A stretch of DNA of 63,407 nt, the filler included, from Chiloscyllium plagiosum (lineage: Eukaryota): NCBI RefSeq assembly GCF_004010195.1. It is 7 parts of one record of this genome, joined end to end, with 100 filler letters (N's around TTAATTAATTAA, not from the genome) between each part and the next. Parts side by side here need not be neighbours in the genome. Positions count along the whole stretch, not along the records: positions 1 to 15,955 come from NC_057710.1; 6 more parts are not named here. One strand, 5' to 3'. Shown here piece by piece: positions 1 to 13,023 of this stretch. The position numbers and the translations under genes are program-made. Under the pieces are notes generated by a model that searched no databases, was not told where the DNA came from, and saw only the letters and a list, made by a program, of their open reading frames with translations. Positions within the stretch are counted from its first letter, which is position 1, and every line of letters starts with the position of its first letter.

Positions 1-885
1 CATAAATCCTGTCCCTTACAATTCTCTCTAAGACTTTGCCCACAACAGAAGTGAAGCTCACCGGCCTATAGTTACTAGGGTTATCCCTACTCCCCTTTTT
101 GAACAAGGGAACCACATTTGCTATCCTCCAGTCTTCTGGGACTACTCCTGTAGACAAAGAGGACATAAAAATCAAGGCCAATGGCTCTGCAATCTCCTCC
201 CTTGCTTCCCAGAGAATCCTAGGATAAATGCCATCAGGCCCAGGGGACTTATCTATTTTCACCTTTTCCAGGATTTCCAACACCTCTTCTCTACATACCT
301 CAAAGCCTTCCATTCTACTTATTTGTGACTCAGTGTTCGCATCGACGACAATGCCCTGTTCCTGAGTGAATACTGAAGAAAAGTATTCATTCAGTGTCTC
401 CCCAATCTCTTCCGCCTCCACACGCAACTTCCCACTACTATCCTTGACTGGACCTATTCCTACCCTAGTCATTCTTTTATTCCTAACATACCTATAGAAA
501 GCCTTAGGGTTTTCCCTAATCCTATCTACTAAGGACCTTTCGTGTCCCCTCCTTGCTGCTTTTAGCTCTCTCTTCAGGTCCTTCCTGGCTACCCTATAAC
601 TCTCAATCGCCCCAATTGAACCTTCACGTCTCATCTTGAGATAGGCCGCCCTCTTCCATTTAACAAGGGATTCCAATTCCTTATTAAACCACGGCTCCCT
701 CGCACGACCCTTTCCTCCCTGCCTGACAGGTACATAATTATCAAGGACACTCAATAGTTGCTCCTTGAACAAGCTCCACATATCATTTACACTCTTGCCT
801 TGGAGTCTACTTTTCCAAGCCACACATCCTAAGTCATGCCTCACCGCATCATAATTTCCCTGACCCCAGCTATAACTCTTGCCCT
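1..885 (-). mobile_element. CR1 LINE ORF2 fragment (pre-RT/RT region), runs off the window
   Basis: Reverse strand translates DWRIANVVPLFKKGSRDNPSNYRPVSFTSVVGKVLERIVRDRIY, typical of CR1 ORF2. Confidence 0.93.
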
Positions 886-959
886 GTCATGTTTAATATA
901 GTTCCCTTACAGTTGTATGCTAAGGCAAAAATATTGAGCTTCACAACATCTCTAATTTT

Positions 960-2310
960 TCGAGCAATGGGTGTTATTTTCACATCAAAATGCCAGTGCA
1001 TTTTTTGTGCTTGGATCCTTCCATATTAAAGTGAGCCATGACTCTAATATTTCCCAGTTCCCCATTTATTGCTGCACCAGGCAGTGATAGAAGTTCATAA
1101 TGTCAGGAGATTCAGGTTCCTCATGTTCCATCTGAAATGAAAGAGGAAGGTGGAATTTGCACATGGTTTTGTCAGAATAGCAGGCTTCCCATGGTGCTGT
1201 AGCCATTGATGGAAGGTATCATATCTCAGTCTAGAGATGATCTGCAACTGTAAAGATGATATGGAGATTATCTGCAACCACATTTAACTCAGCAAGCTGG
1301 TAAACATCCACTATCTTGACAGAAGTCCTGATGTTTTCATTATTCACCTCGTTCAAACAGAAATTGTCCTCATATTTTTGTTGATACCTCACAAGAGGTT
1401 CTGGCCTAAGCTGTTCAAAAGTGGTGTATAGTCCTCTTCCTCAGTTACTGCATCAGGAGGCCTCCTACCTAATCGAGTCTCAGACTGAGTTAGCAGCACA
1501 GGTCGACATCTGCATGCACTGCAAGAGAACATTAATCCAGTGCGAGAAGAGGATGAATAATGTCCCATTCACTGGGCACATAACTCATGCCTTCTATTCA
1601 CAGCTAATTGACAGCTAAAGGGCTCGGTCTGTCCAAACATACCAATGTAGAGGTATATCGGATAGGATGATTGCATGCAAGCCTCAGAACCATGTGGAAT
1701 ATGTGCACTGAATAACTCACAGCAATATCATGTTGCCAGTGTTATAACAACTGCAGTACAGTGTGTTTCTTAACCACTTACTGAGGAGGAGTCAGATTCT
1801 ATGCAAACAGACTATGCATGTCCTTGAAGTGATTATACAGCCATTGCAATCATACTCAATCCTTTGTTTTGTCTGTGTGCAGGACATGATTGCCAAAAAT
1901 AGGAGGGAGCACTCACAGACCAACAAAGCAGTAGTGGCTTGGCTGGTGGAAAGGTACAACTGTCACTGAAAGCCAATGACAATGCCTCTGAACTATGCAG
2001 ATAGAGTGAGACATTGTTACTGTAACAGACATTCGGCATGTCAGCACCTCATTCTTTCTCCACTCCACATACCCACAAAAGTAAAAGAATGAGGCAGCCT
2101 CCCCCAGGCTCCACCTCCTCAAGTTGTAGGTCCTTTTCACCCAATGCTACCTCTGAGGATGAAGTTTCCCAAACCGTAAAGATGCACTTATTCACCAGAA
2201 TCCTCTGTTAGCACAGTTGATAACATGGTGAGTTCATCACTGACACAGGCCCACGGCTGTTGGAGAAAGCAATGCCTGAAATCTGAGTTGTGAGCAAGTG
2301 CAAAGGCAAA
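960..2310 (+). mobile_element. Decayed PIF/Harbinger transposon (transposase + Myb/SANT remnants)
   Basis: 1159-1213 reads AHGFVRIAGFP..(fs)..AIDG (Harbinger DDE motif GFP-x-GAIDG). ~1480-1565 reads TELAAQV..KRTLIQCEKRMNN (SANT-like helix). After acceptor tgtgcag, 1883 onward reads DMIAKNRREHSQT. Confidence 0.62.
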
Positions 2311-2964
2311 ATTTCTTTATATACTTTGATCCATCTAAGGGATCACATTACTGGAATCACTCAAGTAAACAGAAGACTTCCCTATGAGAATACACTATCC
2401 CTGCCCATGACCCTACAGTCCTCATATTTAGCTTGCTCCATGCTGTGACTATACCCTCAGTACCACCACACCGTAAGCACTGACCATGCACTGGACACAA
2501 AGCTCTTTGTGACACACACAGCCTTCAACACAAATGGCCCAGCACAGGAGAAGTCACATGCAGCCATTTTGACTCTACAACCTTTGGATGGACAATATCC
2601 AACCTTTCCCTGAATATTCCTCTTTTTTTCCCCATTAACTATCTCTGTCTTGTATTGATTTTACTCTACTCAGCCTCGGAAAGATAGCTAGTCTCTCTCT
2701 CTGTGCAACCTGCATTCCACTGATAAAATATACACCCCACCTCAACCATTCGCATCAATTTAAACCTATAACATTTGAAATAAAAAGTAGCAAATACTTG
2801 TCTGAAGAAGTCAAACATGCAAAGACAGTACACCTTATGTACAGTCGAGCCTATGAAGACAAGGATTTCTTGACTGAGTAGAACTTTATTGGGATGTGGC
2901 ACTTAATTCTGGTAAGTTTTGCTTTTATTGAGAAACAAATACAGGCAGGTAGTCTTTAAATAAA

Positions 2965-3320
2965 GTCATAGAAATGTACAGCACGGAAACAGACCCTTCA
3001 TCCAACTCGTCCATGCCGACCATATATCCTAAATTAATTTATTCCCATTTGCCAGCACTTGGCCCATTTCCCTCTAAACTCTTCCTATTCATATACCAAT
3101 CCAGATGCCTTTTAAATGTTGTAATTGTACCAGCCTCCACCATTTCCTCTGGCAGCTCATTCCATACACACACCACGGTCTGCATGAAAATGTTGCCTGT
3201 TAGGTCCCTTTTAAATATTTCCCCTCTCACCCTAAACCTCTGCACTCTGGTTCTGGACTCCCCCACCCCAGAGAAAATACCTTGTCTATTTACCCTATCC
3301 ATGCCCCCAGTAATTTTATG
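2965..3320 (-). mobile_element. CR1 (HER1-like) 3' end
   Basis: ORF 3039-3353 (-) GESRTRVQRFRVRGEIFKRDL..VVCVWNELPEEMVEAG, followed by CR1 3'UTR and CTATGAC-type tail. Confidence 0.93.
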
Positions 3321-4273
3321 CATTGAGATTGTGAATTCTGGATTCTTGCTCAATTAAGTACCCTTGCCCATCCTTCTTCTTAGCTTCTAGAGATTCCTCA
3401 TGTTAACTCTGTTCTGCTCACCACAGATGCTGCCAGAATGTTATGTTTTTATTTCAGATTTCTACCAGCTGAAGTATTTTTATTTTGTATAAGCTTTTTT
3501 CAACATTTTATATGTTTTATTTAAAATTTATACTCTGTATATATTTGACTAATTATTGAACACTCACTATTTCAATGACAGCTGCACAGATTGTTTCTTT
3601 CATTCCTACCACTGATTACAGAAATGTGGTATTCATCATCAATCACAGTCTCAGCTGAGCTTTCCTATTCTGTTTATAGCTTAGCAGCAAACCATGAAAC
3701 AAAACAAAATCTAGTTCTCTTTTCCTAAACAAAAATTATATTTAGAAAGTTAACAAATGTTTGTGGGCAAAATATAAACATAGCAGTACCATTGCCAGAC
3801 ATCTGTATCTATAACAGTGTTCTGTTCTGTTCACTAGGAAGATTGAGAATTTTATAGTTTGTTGTGATTTTCTAAGAAATTGTTATAGGAGACTCTTGGC
3901 ACAATGTGACTGTCACAAATGTCATAAACTACATTCTAGAAGCTGGCAAATGAATTATGAGTGGAATATTTGGTACTTTTACACATCAAAATATGAGAGT
4001 GGAAAAGTGTCGAGCAGCATTTTGTGTTTTTATGAAGCTTCTTATGAAACACCTCCTCCATCCAGTTTTCCCCTTCATTTCTGAACATCTCTTTGGAAAA
4101 GAAAAATATCCTACTGTGCAAAACAGGATCTGTAAAACCGCACTTGCAATACATCAAACATTTGTCTTCTGCAAATCATTTAAAGCTGGAGCACAGTTAT
4201 TCACCCATTACTGATTACAAAATCTCCATTTTAGTTTCGAAAGTTTTTCCGACCATCACTAAGTTTTTCTTAC

Positions 4274-4359
4274 CATTCTGAAAATATTTACAGACTGGCA
4301 TGATTTACTTTTAGAATCTTTAGATCTATAGTGCATTTTTATTGATTGCATTTTACAGC
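4274..4359 (-). CDS. Candidate internal exon of unidentified host gene (xCKMQSIKMHYRSKDSKSKSCQSVNIFRM)
   Basis: Minus strand: ctttgtttagattcag acceptor, one open frame, strong ATG|gtaaga donor, lies in non-repeat sequence. No homology recognised. Confidence 0.25.
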
Positions 4360-4819
4360 CTGAATCTAAACAAAGTTTTTGTGATATTTCCCTTATATTT
4401 GTAAATCATTACATGCAATCTCATAAAGAAGTTAACAAAACATCTCCCTGTCACATAACAGAACACAAATAGCATTCTATCTCAAACAGTCTACTTATGT
4501 TTTCTGAAATGCTCTGGCTTACCCCAAATTTGAATTTCACTTTAGAATTCAGGTAAAATGAACACCCATCAAAATTATATAATTTCTTTATACAAGCATA
4601 ATTCTCCAAAAGACTAGAGATTTTCCAGTTTGGTACGTTATAAACTGGACTGATTATTAATGGCTAATATGAGAGATTTTCATCTTCACTTGATTAGTGA
4701 CCTGTCTGCCTGATATATAAACTGAGAGATTTTATTTCAATATAAGAGGAAGATGACTACCCAAGCAGAGAAGGTGAAAATCTACACCCATGGCATCAGG
4801 TCAAATATGGACATGGAAG

Positions 4820-5172
4820 GGGAGGCCATGGTCTAGTGGTGTTATTATTCCAGAGACCCAGGAAATGTTCTGGGGACCTGGAATTGAATCCTGCATGGTA
4901 GATAGTGGGAATGTGAATACAGTAGAAGTCTAGAATTAAAAGTCCAATGATGATAATGAAGTCATTGTCAATTGTCGGGGGGCAAAAAAATAGCATCTGG
5001 TTCACTATGCCCTTTAGGGAAGGAAATCTGTCATCACTATCTGGTCTGGCCCACATGTGACTCAAGACCCACAGCAATGTCGCTGGCTCTTAACTGCCCT
5101 CTGGGTAATTAGGGATGGGCAATAAATACTGATCTAACCAGATATACAGTCATCCTGTGAGTTAATTAAAAA
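4820..5172 (+). mobile_element. Shark tRNA-derived SINE with CR1-type tail
   Basis: A/B-box-like head (ggtctagtgg..ttgaatcc), body ctggttcactatgccctttagggaaggaaatctg, tail gggatgggcaataaat. Sister copies at 54640-54940 (-) and 58975-59340 (+). Confidence 0.85.
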
Positions 5173-5174
5173 TA

Positions 5175-6290
5175 GGAACCCCTCTGTTGGTTACGACAAG
5201 TACCAAGTAACCACTACCTGGCTAGTTCCGTTACCTACCTATTTCATCCACAGTTGTTGAATCATTACTCTTTGGTGTTGAACACTACTTGGATAAAGCA
5301 CTGAGGGCTTCTAAAGCCCAAAATATGGTCTGTCTACAATGATTCAAGGAGCACCTCCACTGACTGAAGTGGTCAGAGCCTCAAGCTGATTCACTGAGTA
5401 TGTGGCTCATGATGAGGGAAAGCTTACTTTTTTTGACCTTACTAATCCATCTGTTGCAGATGCATCTGTCCATGACAGTATTGGCAGTAGTCTTGACTTC
5501 ACATTGAGGATGTACTCTATCATGTGCGGAACTATCACCATGCTGAGTAGGATAGATGCCAAAAGATTGAGCAACTCATTCAAGAGGAGCTGTGGGCCAT
5601 CGGAATCATACTCAAAGACAATCTGTAATTTCACACCAAGTATATCCCCACTTTACAGTCACCAACAAACCAAGGAACCAACACTGCCTCAATGAGGAGT
5701 GCAGGAGGGCAGGCAAGGAGCAACTGCAAGCAAAACTAAAGAAGGGATCTAAATGATGCAACTACAAAACATGAGAATTTACATGCCAAACTGTAGAAGT
5801 TGCATGCATGAGACAGAGCTAAGCAACCCCACAACTAACCAGATTTGAAAGAACTGAAGAAAGTACTTATGCTCTAGAATTAGCTGAGCCCAAGCCATTC
5901 CAGTACAGCTCCAATACTGCATCCTTGACAATGTGAAAAATTGCTCAGGCAAGTTCGGTTCACGTAAAATAACAGGACCAATCCAACACAAATTATCGAC
6001 AGTACTATCAAGCAGAATTAACCAACAATAACTTGTTCAATTTGGGTTCTACCTGGACCATGACATTTCTGACCTCATCATAGCCTTGGCTAAAAAAAAA
6101 GAACTAAGGAGCTGAACTCCAGAGATGAGATGAGAGTGACTGCTCTCGACAAAAAGAGAACAATTGGAATCTGACAGCCTGAGCATTAATGAGGTAAATG
6201 GGAATCAGGCAAAACACTCTCCGTTGACCTAGCAGAAAGGATGATTGTTATGGTTGTTAGATGTCATTATCACAGCCCAAAGCCCAATGC
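5175..6290 (+). mobile_element. Old CR1/L3-type LINE fragment (endonuclease region onward)
   Basis: DLTNPSVADASVHDSIGSS resembles the APE C-terminal LDL..SDH motif of this CR1 family; heavily decayed. Confidence 0.7.
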
Positions 6291-7330
6291 ACTTGCATTC
6301 CCATGAAATGTTTTCAGATAACTGGTGTGTTGCCCTCAATTCCATTAAATTTCAGGTTGTGGTGTTCCCATGCATCTGTTGCCTTTGTCCTTCTTGGGGT
6401 AGAGGCTTGGAAGGTATTGTTGAAGATGCCTTGGTAGGTTCTTGCAGCATATCTTGTAGATGGTATGCACTGCTGCCATTTTGCTTTAGTGATGACCAAA
6501 GCAAATGTTGAATACTGTGGATAGAATACAGTCACGGTTACTGCTTTGTCCTGCTAGATGAATGGCTTCTTGAGCGTTGTTAGACCTGTGCTCATTCAGA
6601 CAAGTGAAGAGTATTCCATCATACCCTTAACTTGTGCCATGTAGCTGGTGGACAAGCACTGGAGAGTTAGGAGGTGTGTTACATGATGCAAAATTGCTAG
6701 CCCCAGATCTGCTTCTTTTATGCACCATATTTATATGGTCAGTTCAGTTCAGTTTCTGATCAAAGATAACCTCCAGGGAATTGATTATGGGAGATTCTGC
6801 AATGGAAATGACATTTAATACAAGGAGCAATGGTTAGAATCTATTCTGTTTCAGATGGCCATTACCTGATAGTAATGTGGTGCAATTGTTAATTGCCACT
6901 TATCAGCCCAAGCCTGGATGTTCTCCATGAAATGCTCCATTATTTGAAGGATCACTAGATAATCAAAACATTGTGTAATCTTCGCCAAACGTCTTCAGTT
7001 CTGACATTATGGTGGAGGGAAGGTCATTGATGAAGTGGCTGAAGATGGTTGGGCCAAGAACCCTGGGCATCCCCTGGAGTATTGTCCTTGGGCTGAGATA
7101 ATTGACTTCTAACAACCAAAACAATTTTCATTTGTGCTAGATATGACTCCAGCAGCAGACAGTTTTTTTTGATCCCCATTGAGTTCAAATCTTTTGGGTT
7201 CCAATGATAACATACTCAGTCTAGTGCTTCCTTGATATCAAGGGCACCCACTCTGACTTTACCTCTGGAGTTTAGGCCCTTTGTCCATGTTTAGACCAAA
7301 GTTGCAATATGGTCAGGAGCCAAGTGACCT

Positions 7331-7665
7331 GGCAATATGGTGGCACAGTGGTTAGCACTGTTGCCTCGCAGTGCTAGGGATCCAGGTTCAATTTCAGCCT
7401 CGGGTGACTGTCTGTGTGGAGTTTGCACATTCTCCCCTTACCTGCATGGATTTCTTCTAGGTGCTCCAGTTTCCTCCTACAGTCAAATGATTTGCAGATT
7501 AGGTGGATTGGCTATAATAAATTGTGCTGGGAAGTGCAGATTAGGGGATTGGCCATGGGAGATGCAGAGGTGGGTTGAGTCTGGGTGGGATGCTCTTCAG
7601 CGGGGGTCAGTGTGGACTCAATGGGCTGAATGGCCTACTTCCACAATTTAGGAATTCTATGATTA
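7331..7665 (+). mobile_element. HE1 SINE (V-SINE)
   Basis: tRNA head ggtggcacagtggttagcactg..ggttcaatt, V-domain ctgtgtggagtttgcacattctcccc, CR1-like tail. Confidence 0.92.
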
Positions 7666-7871
7666 ATGTAACTGGAGCACCAGTGAGCTGTTACTTCTGA
7701 GCACTCCTTTGTAAGTGCTGCTTAATAGTATGACAAGTCTTTCCATCATTTTGCTGATGATTAACAGCAATCTGATGTGATAGCAATTGGCTGAGTTGGG
7801 TTTCCCCTGCTTTTTCTGTAGAGAACATACCAGGGGAATGTTCTACATTGTTGATTAGACACCAGTGATGT

Positions 7872-8040
7872 AACTAATTATCTGAAGGACACGAGTGGGG
7901 AGTATTTCATTCAGTCAATTGAATTCTGGGTAATTGAATACCGGATAACATAGCTTAGCCAAGCATTGGGACCTTGCGATCTTGCCGGATAATCCGATAT
8001 TCAGATAATGGAATGCCAGGCAGTCGAGGTTCCTCGGTAT
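7872..8040. mobile_element. Tc1/mariner-pogo type MITE remnant
   Basis: Internal ggataa/ttatc repeats and right end cgaggttcctcggta; left end degenerate. Confidence 0.55.
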
Positions 8041-8124
8041 ACTAGAACAGCTTGCATCCAGTTCTGAAGTGTTGGTTTTTAGCACTCTTGTTATCTGGTC
8101 CAAAGCATTCGTAATATTCTGACC

Positions 8125-9395
8125 CATTTGGATAGCAGTAACAGGATAGGTCAGAGTCAGCATGGATTTATGTAAGGGAATCTTCTGGATTTTTTTAAAG
8201 ATGGACAAGGGAGAGCCAGTGGATATCGTGTACCTAGACTTCAGAAAGCCTTTGATAAGGTCCCACTTAGGAGATTAGTGAGCAAAATTAGGACACACGG
8301 TATTGCGGGCAAGATACTGACTTGGATTGAAAAATGGCTGGCTGATAGGAAGCAAAGAGTAGTGATAAACGGGTCCCTTTCGGAATGGCAGGCAGTCCTC
8401 AGTGGGTTACCACAAGGTTTGGTGCTGTTTACAATATACATCAATGATATAGATGAAGGCATTAAAAGTAATATTAGCAAATTTGCTGATGACACAAAGC
8501 TGGGTGGCAGGATGAAATATGAGGAGGATATTATGAGAATACAGAGTGACTTGGACAGGCGAGGTGAGTGGATGAATGTATGGCAGATGTAGTTTAATGT
8601 GGATAAATGTGTGGTTATCCAATTTGGTGACAAGAATAAGAAGGCAGATTACTATCTAAATGGAGTCAAGTTAGGTAAAGGGGAAGTACAATGAGATCTA
8701 GGTGTTCTCATACATCAGTCAATGAAAGCAAACATGCAGGTACTGCAGGCAGTGAAGAAAGCTAATGGCATGCTGGCCTTCATAACAAGAGGAATTGAGT
8801 ATAGGAGCAAATAGGTCCTTCTGCAGCTGTACAGGGCCCTGGTGAGACCACACATGGAGTATTGTGTGCAGTTTTGGTCTCCAAATTTGAGGAAGGACAT
8901 TCTGGCTATTGAGGGAGTGCAGTGTAGGTTCATAAGGTCAATTCCCGGAATAGCGGGACTATCATATGTTGAAAGGTTGGTGTGACCGGCCTTGTATACA
9001 CTTGAGTTTAGAAGGTTGATAGGGGATCCGATTGAGACATATTAAATTATTAATGGATTGGAGGCAGGAAGCATGCTTCTGCTGATGGGTGAGTCCAGAA
9101 CCAGAGGACACAGTTTAAAAACAAGGGGTGGGCCATTTAGAACAGAGTTCTAAACTTCTTCACCCAGAGAGTGGTGGATAAATGGAATGTTCTGACCCAG
9201 AAGGCAGTGGAGGCCAAGTCTCTGGATACTTTCAAGAAAGAGATGGATAGTGCTTTTAAAGATAGTAGAATCAAGGGTTATGGGGATAAGGCAGGAACAG
9301 GATAGTGATTGTGGATGATCAGCCATGATCATAATGAATGGTGGTGCAGGCTTGAAGGACCGAATGGCTTACTCCTGCACCTATTGTCTGTTGTC
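8125..9395 (+). mobile_element. CR1 LINE RT domain to 3' end
   Basis: YLDF.KAFDKVP, ..[34 protein letters not shown]; tail ctattgtctgttgtc. Confidence 0.96.
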
Positions 9396-9719
9396 TTCAG
9401 CCTTTTCTCAATATCATGTGAGTTGAATTTGTTTTAGACTGATGTGGTTATAATTTTTGACTTAGATGAAGGGATGGAGGGGAGTTGTCTAATTTGCTGA
9501 TGATATGGAAATATGAGACATGATCAAGAAGTTTGTGGTGACACAAAATGTTTTAGCTAGCTAAGTAGTGAGGAAGCTTCTGTAAACTGGTGGAGGATAA
9601 CAATGGTTTTCTCAGCTGCATAGAATAGAGACAAATGGAATCCACATGAAAAGATATGAGATAATACATTGGGAAAGGGTTGACAAGGAATCGGATTACA
9701 TGATGAATAATAAATTTGA

Positions 9720-10140
9720 TGAATGCCTTTGTTCTCATTTCAAGGACTCTGCACACACCACTTGCTCCCAAGAAAGTCTCATGATATTTTTGAGCTACAT
9801 CATGACTTGTAGAAGCAGCAGAGGAACCATATTGGAGGACATACCATTGGATGTTGGAGGGGAGGAATATTATCGCCATGGGGGCCAGGTGGACACTGTG
9901 ATGATCATTATCAAGGGCAAGACTGTTGTTAACTGGGATCGTGGGCTTAAATATACTATACCATCGTCAGCTGAACTGATTATGGACTGCCCGGCTGGAA
10001 AGAGCTGTGTTAGTTGCCCTCTTGCTTTCTGACATCATATCTTCCTCTCTTCTTCTTTTTCTTCCTCCTCTGTCTTCTCCACTGTCCACTCCTTATGTGG
10101 GGACGAGGCTGTGCTCGTGATGTTTGTCTGAATTCCTGCA
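9720..10140 (-). mobile_element. Harbinger transposase C-terminus remnant
   Basis: Reverse strand: RAQP.., acidic run gaggaggaagaaaaagaagaagag, then ALSSRAVHNQF; stops in all frames. Confidence 0.5.
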
Positions 10141-10484
10141 GATAGTTTTGATTGTACAACCTGTAGATATCAGATGTCTAACTAAAATATGTTTTTTATC
10201 TAAAAACACTGCAGAAAATTATAAACTTTGGTTGCATCCTACAACCTCCAGATGTAAAGCAGTAGAGCTCTAATCAACAGAGTCACTGATTCAGCAAATA
10301 AAATGATTATTATCTTAATAATACTACCTAAAATGGTTTATTTAAGTAAAACATGATGTTGGACATTTGAAGAATGATTGATCTTTGAGGTGTGGACCTG
10401 AAACTCATACATCAAAAGTTATAGAATGAAAAAAAACTTAAAGATCAAAGGTGATGATGTAATCTGATTCTACTATTGGAGATT

Positions 10485-10640
10485 AGCACATTTACACCTT
10501 TTATTTTGTATAGTGTATTTAATGTTGGAAACTAGTTGAAGGTGCTTCATGGAAGAACAATCAAACAAAAATTGACACTAGTAGGATAAAGGACATGATA
10601 GGAAATGTAGCCAAAAGCTTGGTTAATGAAATAACAACAG
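10485..10640 (-). mobile_element. L2 LINE 3' end fragment
   Basis: aaggtgcttca..atcaaacaaaaattgacac..ccaaaagcttggt pattern; plus-strand relative at ~28300-28445. Confidence 0.6.
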
Positions 10641-10685
10641 AAAGTGCCAGCAATATTCAGCAAGATCTGACTGTATCCATGAGGA

Positions 10686-10880
10686 GAACATAGAACATAG
10701 AACATAGAAAAATACAGCGCAGTACAGGCCCTTTGGCCCTCGATGTTGCGCCGATCCAAGCCCACCTAACCTACACTAGCCCACTATCCTCCATATGCCT
10801 ATCCAATGCCTGTTTAAATGCCCATAAAGAGGGAGAGTCCACCACTGCTATTGGCAGGGCATTCCATGAACTCACGACTC
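10686..10880 (-). mobile_element. Young CR1 3' end
   Basis: (GAACATA)n tail and RVVSSWNALPIAVVDSPSLWAFKQALDRHM; near-identical to 15661-15855. Confidence 0.95.
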
Positions 10881-11849
10881 GAAAGAAAAATAGAGTTAAT
10901 GAGCCAAAATTTCTAATAAGTGTTTTGACACCAATGTCAGATCCATATGGGGGTCCCAAGTCAACCAACATCAGCCTGTGGTGCAAACTTGCATGAGGAG
11001 GCCTCCAAATTAGCAACCGTGGGACTTACTATTCTATTAAGAAGAATCCATGAGCTTCCAAGGCAACATTATTCTGTGACACACGGTATTTATTTTAATC
11101 CATTAAAGACTATTCTGTTCTAAACAACGTACACAATATATCTCACACTATGTGTTAAGCCATAGTTAAGGAAAGAAACAACACAAGCCAGTGTTCATAA
11201 CCCTTTGGGTGAAATATCGCTTCCCCACATATGTTCAGAACATATGCCTTCAGGCTGAAGGCTTTTTATCATTCCCTCTGAAAGCATTAGTGTCTATGCA
11301 CCAGCCAATCCCTTGGGTGGGATGTTAAAATATTAAAACAGATGATAGAAGAATGAGGCATATTTCTATTCTTTGTTCTGGCTCTAGTACCACAAAAATG
11401 AACTTTACCACAGTAAAATAAATTCAGTTTCAATCAGAGTCTGAATGGTTAAGAATTCACCAAGAATTCAAATATTATAGCAAAGCATACAACAATTTAA
11501 TTGCTTTTGAGTTGTATTATGAACTTTGAATGTTTTAGCTAAGTTCATACTTGGAGTAAAATAACAGAAGACTCGATCCAATACTCTAAAGAGTGAATTA
11601 AACCCAAATATTAACATGTAATGAAAATAAATGACAAGAAATGTATTGTTTATCCAGCGTAGTTTTATACTTTAATGCCATTTGAAGATGCAAGTCTGTA
11701 AATTATTGTGAACAATTATATTGTAAGAACAAGCAAATGACTGTTTGATATGTGGTTAAAAAAAGTTAGAAGTTTGATCAGAGTGTTCACACAATAAAAT
11801 AGTTCAGTCATTTTTAAACTAAAGTTTAAACTCCATCTTAATTAACTTC

Positions 11850-12200
11850 TCAGTCAAGTTGACTCAGGTCATATCATTCTTGCCCTGACAAGAAGACTGT
11901 TTGTTCAAACTTATACTCATACCCCAGAGATAAAGTTATGCAGCATTGTCCGAAGGAATACGGCATCGTCCAATTTGTGGTCTTTCACATGGAATGATGA
12001 ACTGAAGTATACTTTCCATCTATTTAAATCTCATGGCATTATTTCAAAAACAGTTACTGTGCTATGGATAACATTTCTCCCTGAACCAATAGCACCAAAG
12101 AAAATTGACCATTCATTCCACATTCCATATCACTGAAAAGTAATTTGTTGTTTTAAGCAGCTTGAACGTTTTGATGATTTGTGGTAGGGTGACCTGGACA
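11850..12200 (+). mobile_element. Decayed Deu-domain SINE (SacSINE1/AmnSINE1-like)
   Basis: tctcatggcattatttcaaa..aacatttctccctgaaccaatagcaccaaa resembles the Deu-SINE body. Confidence 0.55.
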
Positions 12201-12730
12201 ACAAATGCTTGGTGGGAGAAAAGGCTGATCAGATTCTCTCTGTACACCCTCAGCAGTACTCTCAGCATCACTTGGCAGAGCGAGGACCACTAACTCAGAG
12301 GCTTTAGAGTGTGCAAATTCCATCAGTGTGCACTCATCGCTAAACGAGTGAGGTCTGTGCTGGCTTGGAATTCATTCATGTGATGGGTGATGGCTATGAA
12401 ACAAAAAACATTTTATATGGTGAACAGGCCATTGGATAATGGCCTGCTGGATGTTCATACTTCAGTCACCAACATAACTGAGAATGAGTTATGAAGTTAT
12501 CAGTATTCTCAGAGATAACTGAGGAAATCACGGATGGCCATGATGTCTGTTGTGAAGTCATTGGAAGAGCAAAATAGTTCAATTTCTTTCAGTACAACAC
12601 ATGGCACTCTTTGATACCTTACTATATCATGAATTACATTTTATGTTTAAAATATATATTTCATGTCAAGCATTCTTTTGTGCATGCCTTGAGAGGTCCG
12701 AGTTCTGCCCCAGGTTAAAATACTGAATGT

Positions 12731-12944
12731 TGGCAAAAGTGAGGAATGCAGATGCTGGAAACCAGAGTTTAGATCAGAGTGGTGCTGGAAAAGCACAGCA
12801 GGTCAGGCAGCATCTGAGGAGCAGGAAAAGCGACGTTTCAGGCAAAAGTCTTCATCAGAATGAAGGGCTTTTGCCCGAAATGTCGATTTTCCTGCTCCTC
12901 GGATGCTGCCTGACCTGTTGTGCTTTTCCAGCACCACTCTGATC
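12731..12944. mobile_element. Penelope-derived foldback mini-element
   Basis: Inverted repeat 12768-12948, flanked by 15-bp direct repeat taaaatactgaatgt (12716-12730, 12945-12959). Confidence 0.88.
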
Positions 12945-13023
12945 TAAAATACTGAATGTGTCAACCATTCATTTCCAGCTTGGAGGTTCAGTCTATAGGT
13001 AGCCTCAGCATCATAAATCCATG

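Larger units (their letters stand above)
6340..8120 (-). mobile_element. Old CR1/L3-type LINE, reverse orientation, interrupted by HE1 SINE and a MITE
   Basis: Reverse complement matches the family seen at 30325-32860 (e.g. gagtattccatcata.., gttcccatgcatctg). Confidence 0.7.

Noticed and set aside
4215..4277. Alternative terminal exon NGKKNLVMVGKTFETKMEIL* on minus
   Set aside because: Overlaps the donor of the 4274-4359 candidate and has no independent support
7337..7410. tRNA-like A/B-box sequences
   Set aside because: They are SINE heads followed by V-domain and LINE tail, not tRNA genes
9960..10160. Acidic/basic exon-like segment on the minus strand
   Set aside because: Stops in all three frames; better explained as a Harbinger transposase C-terminus
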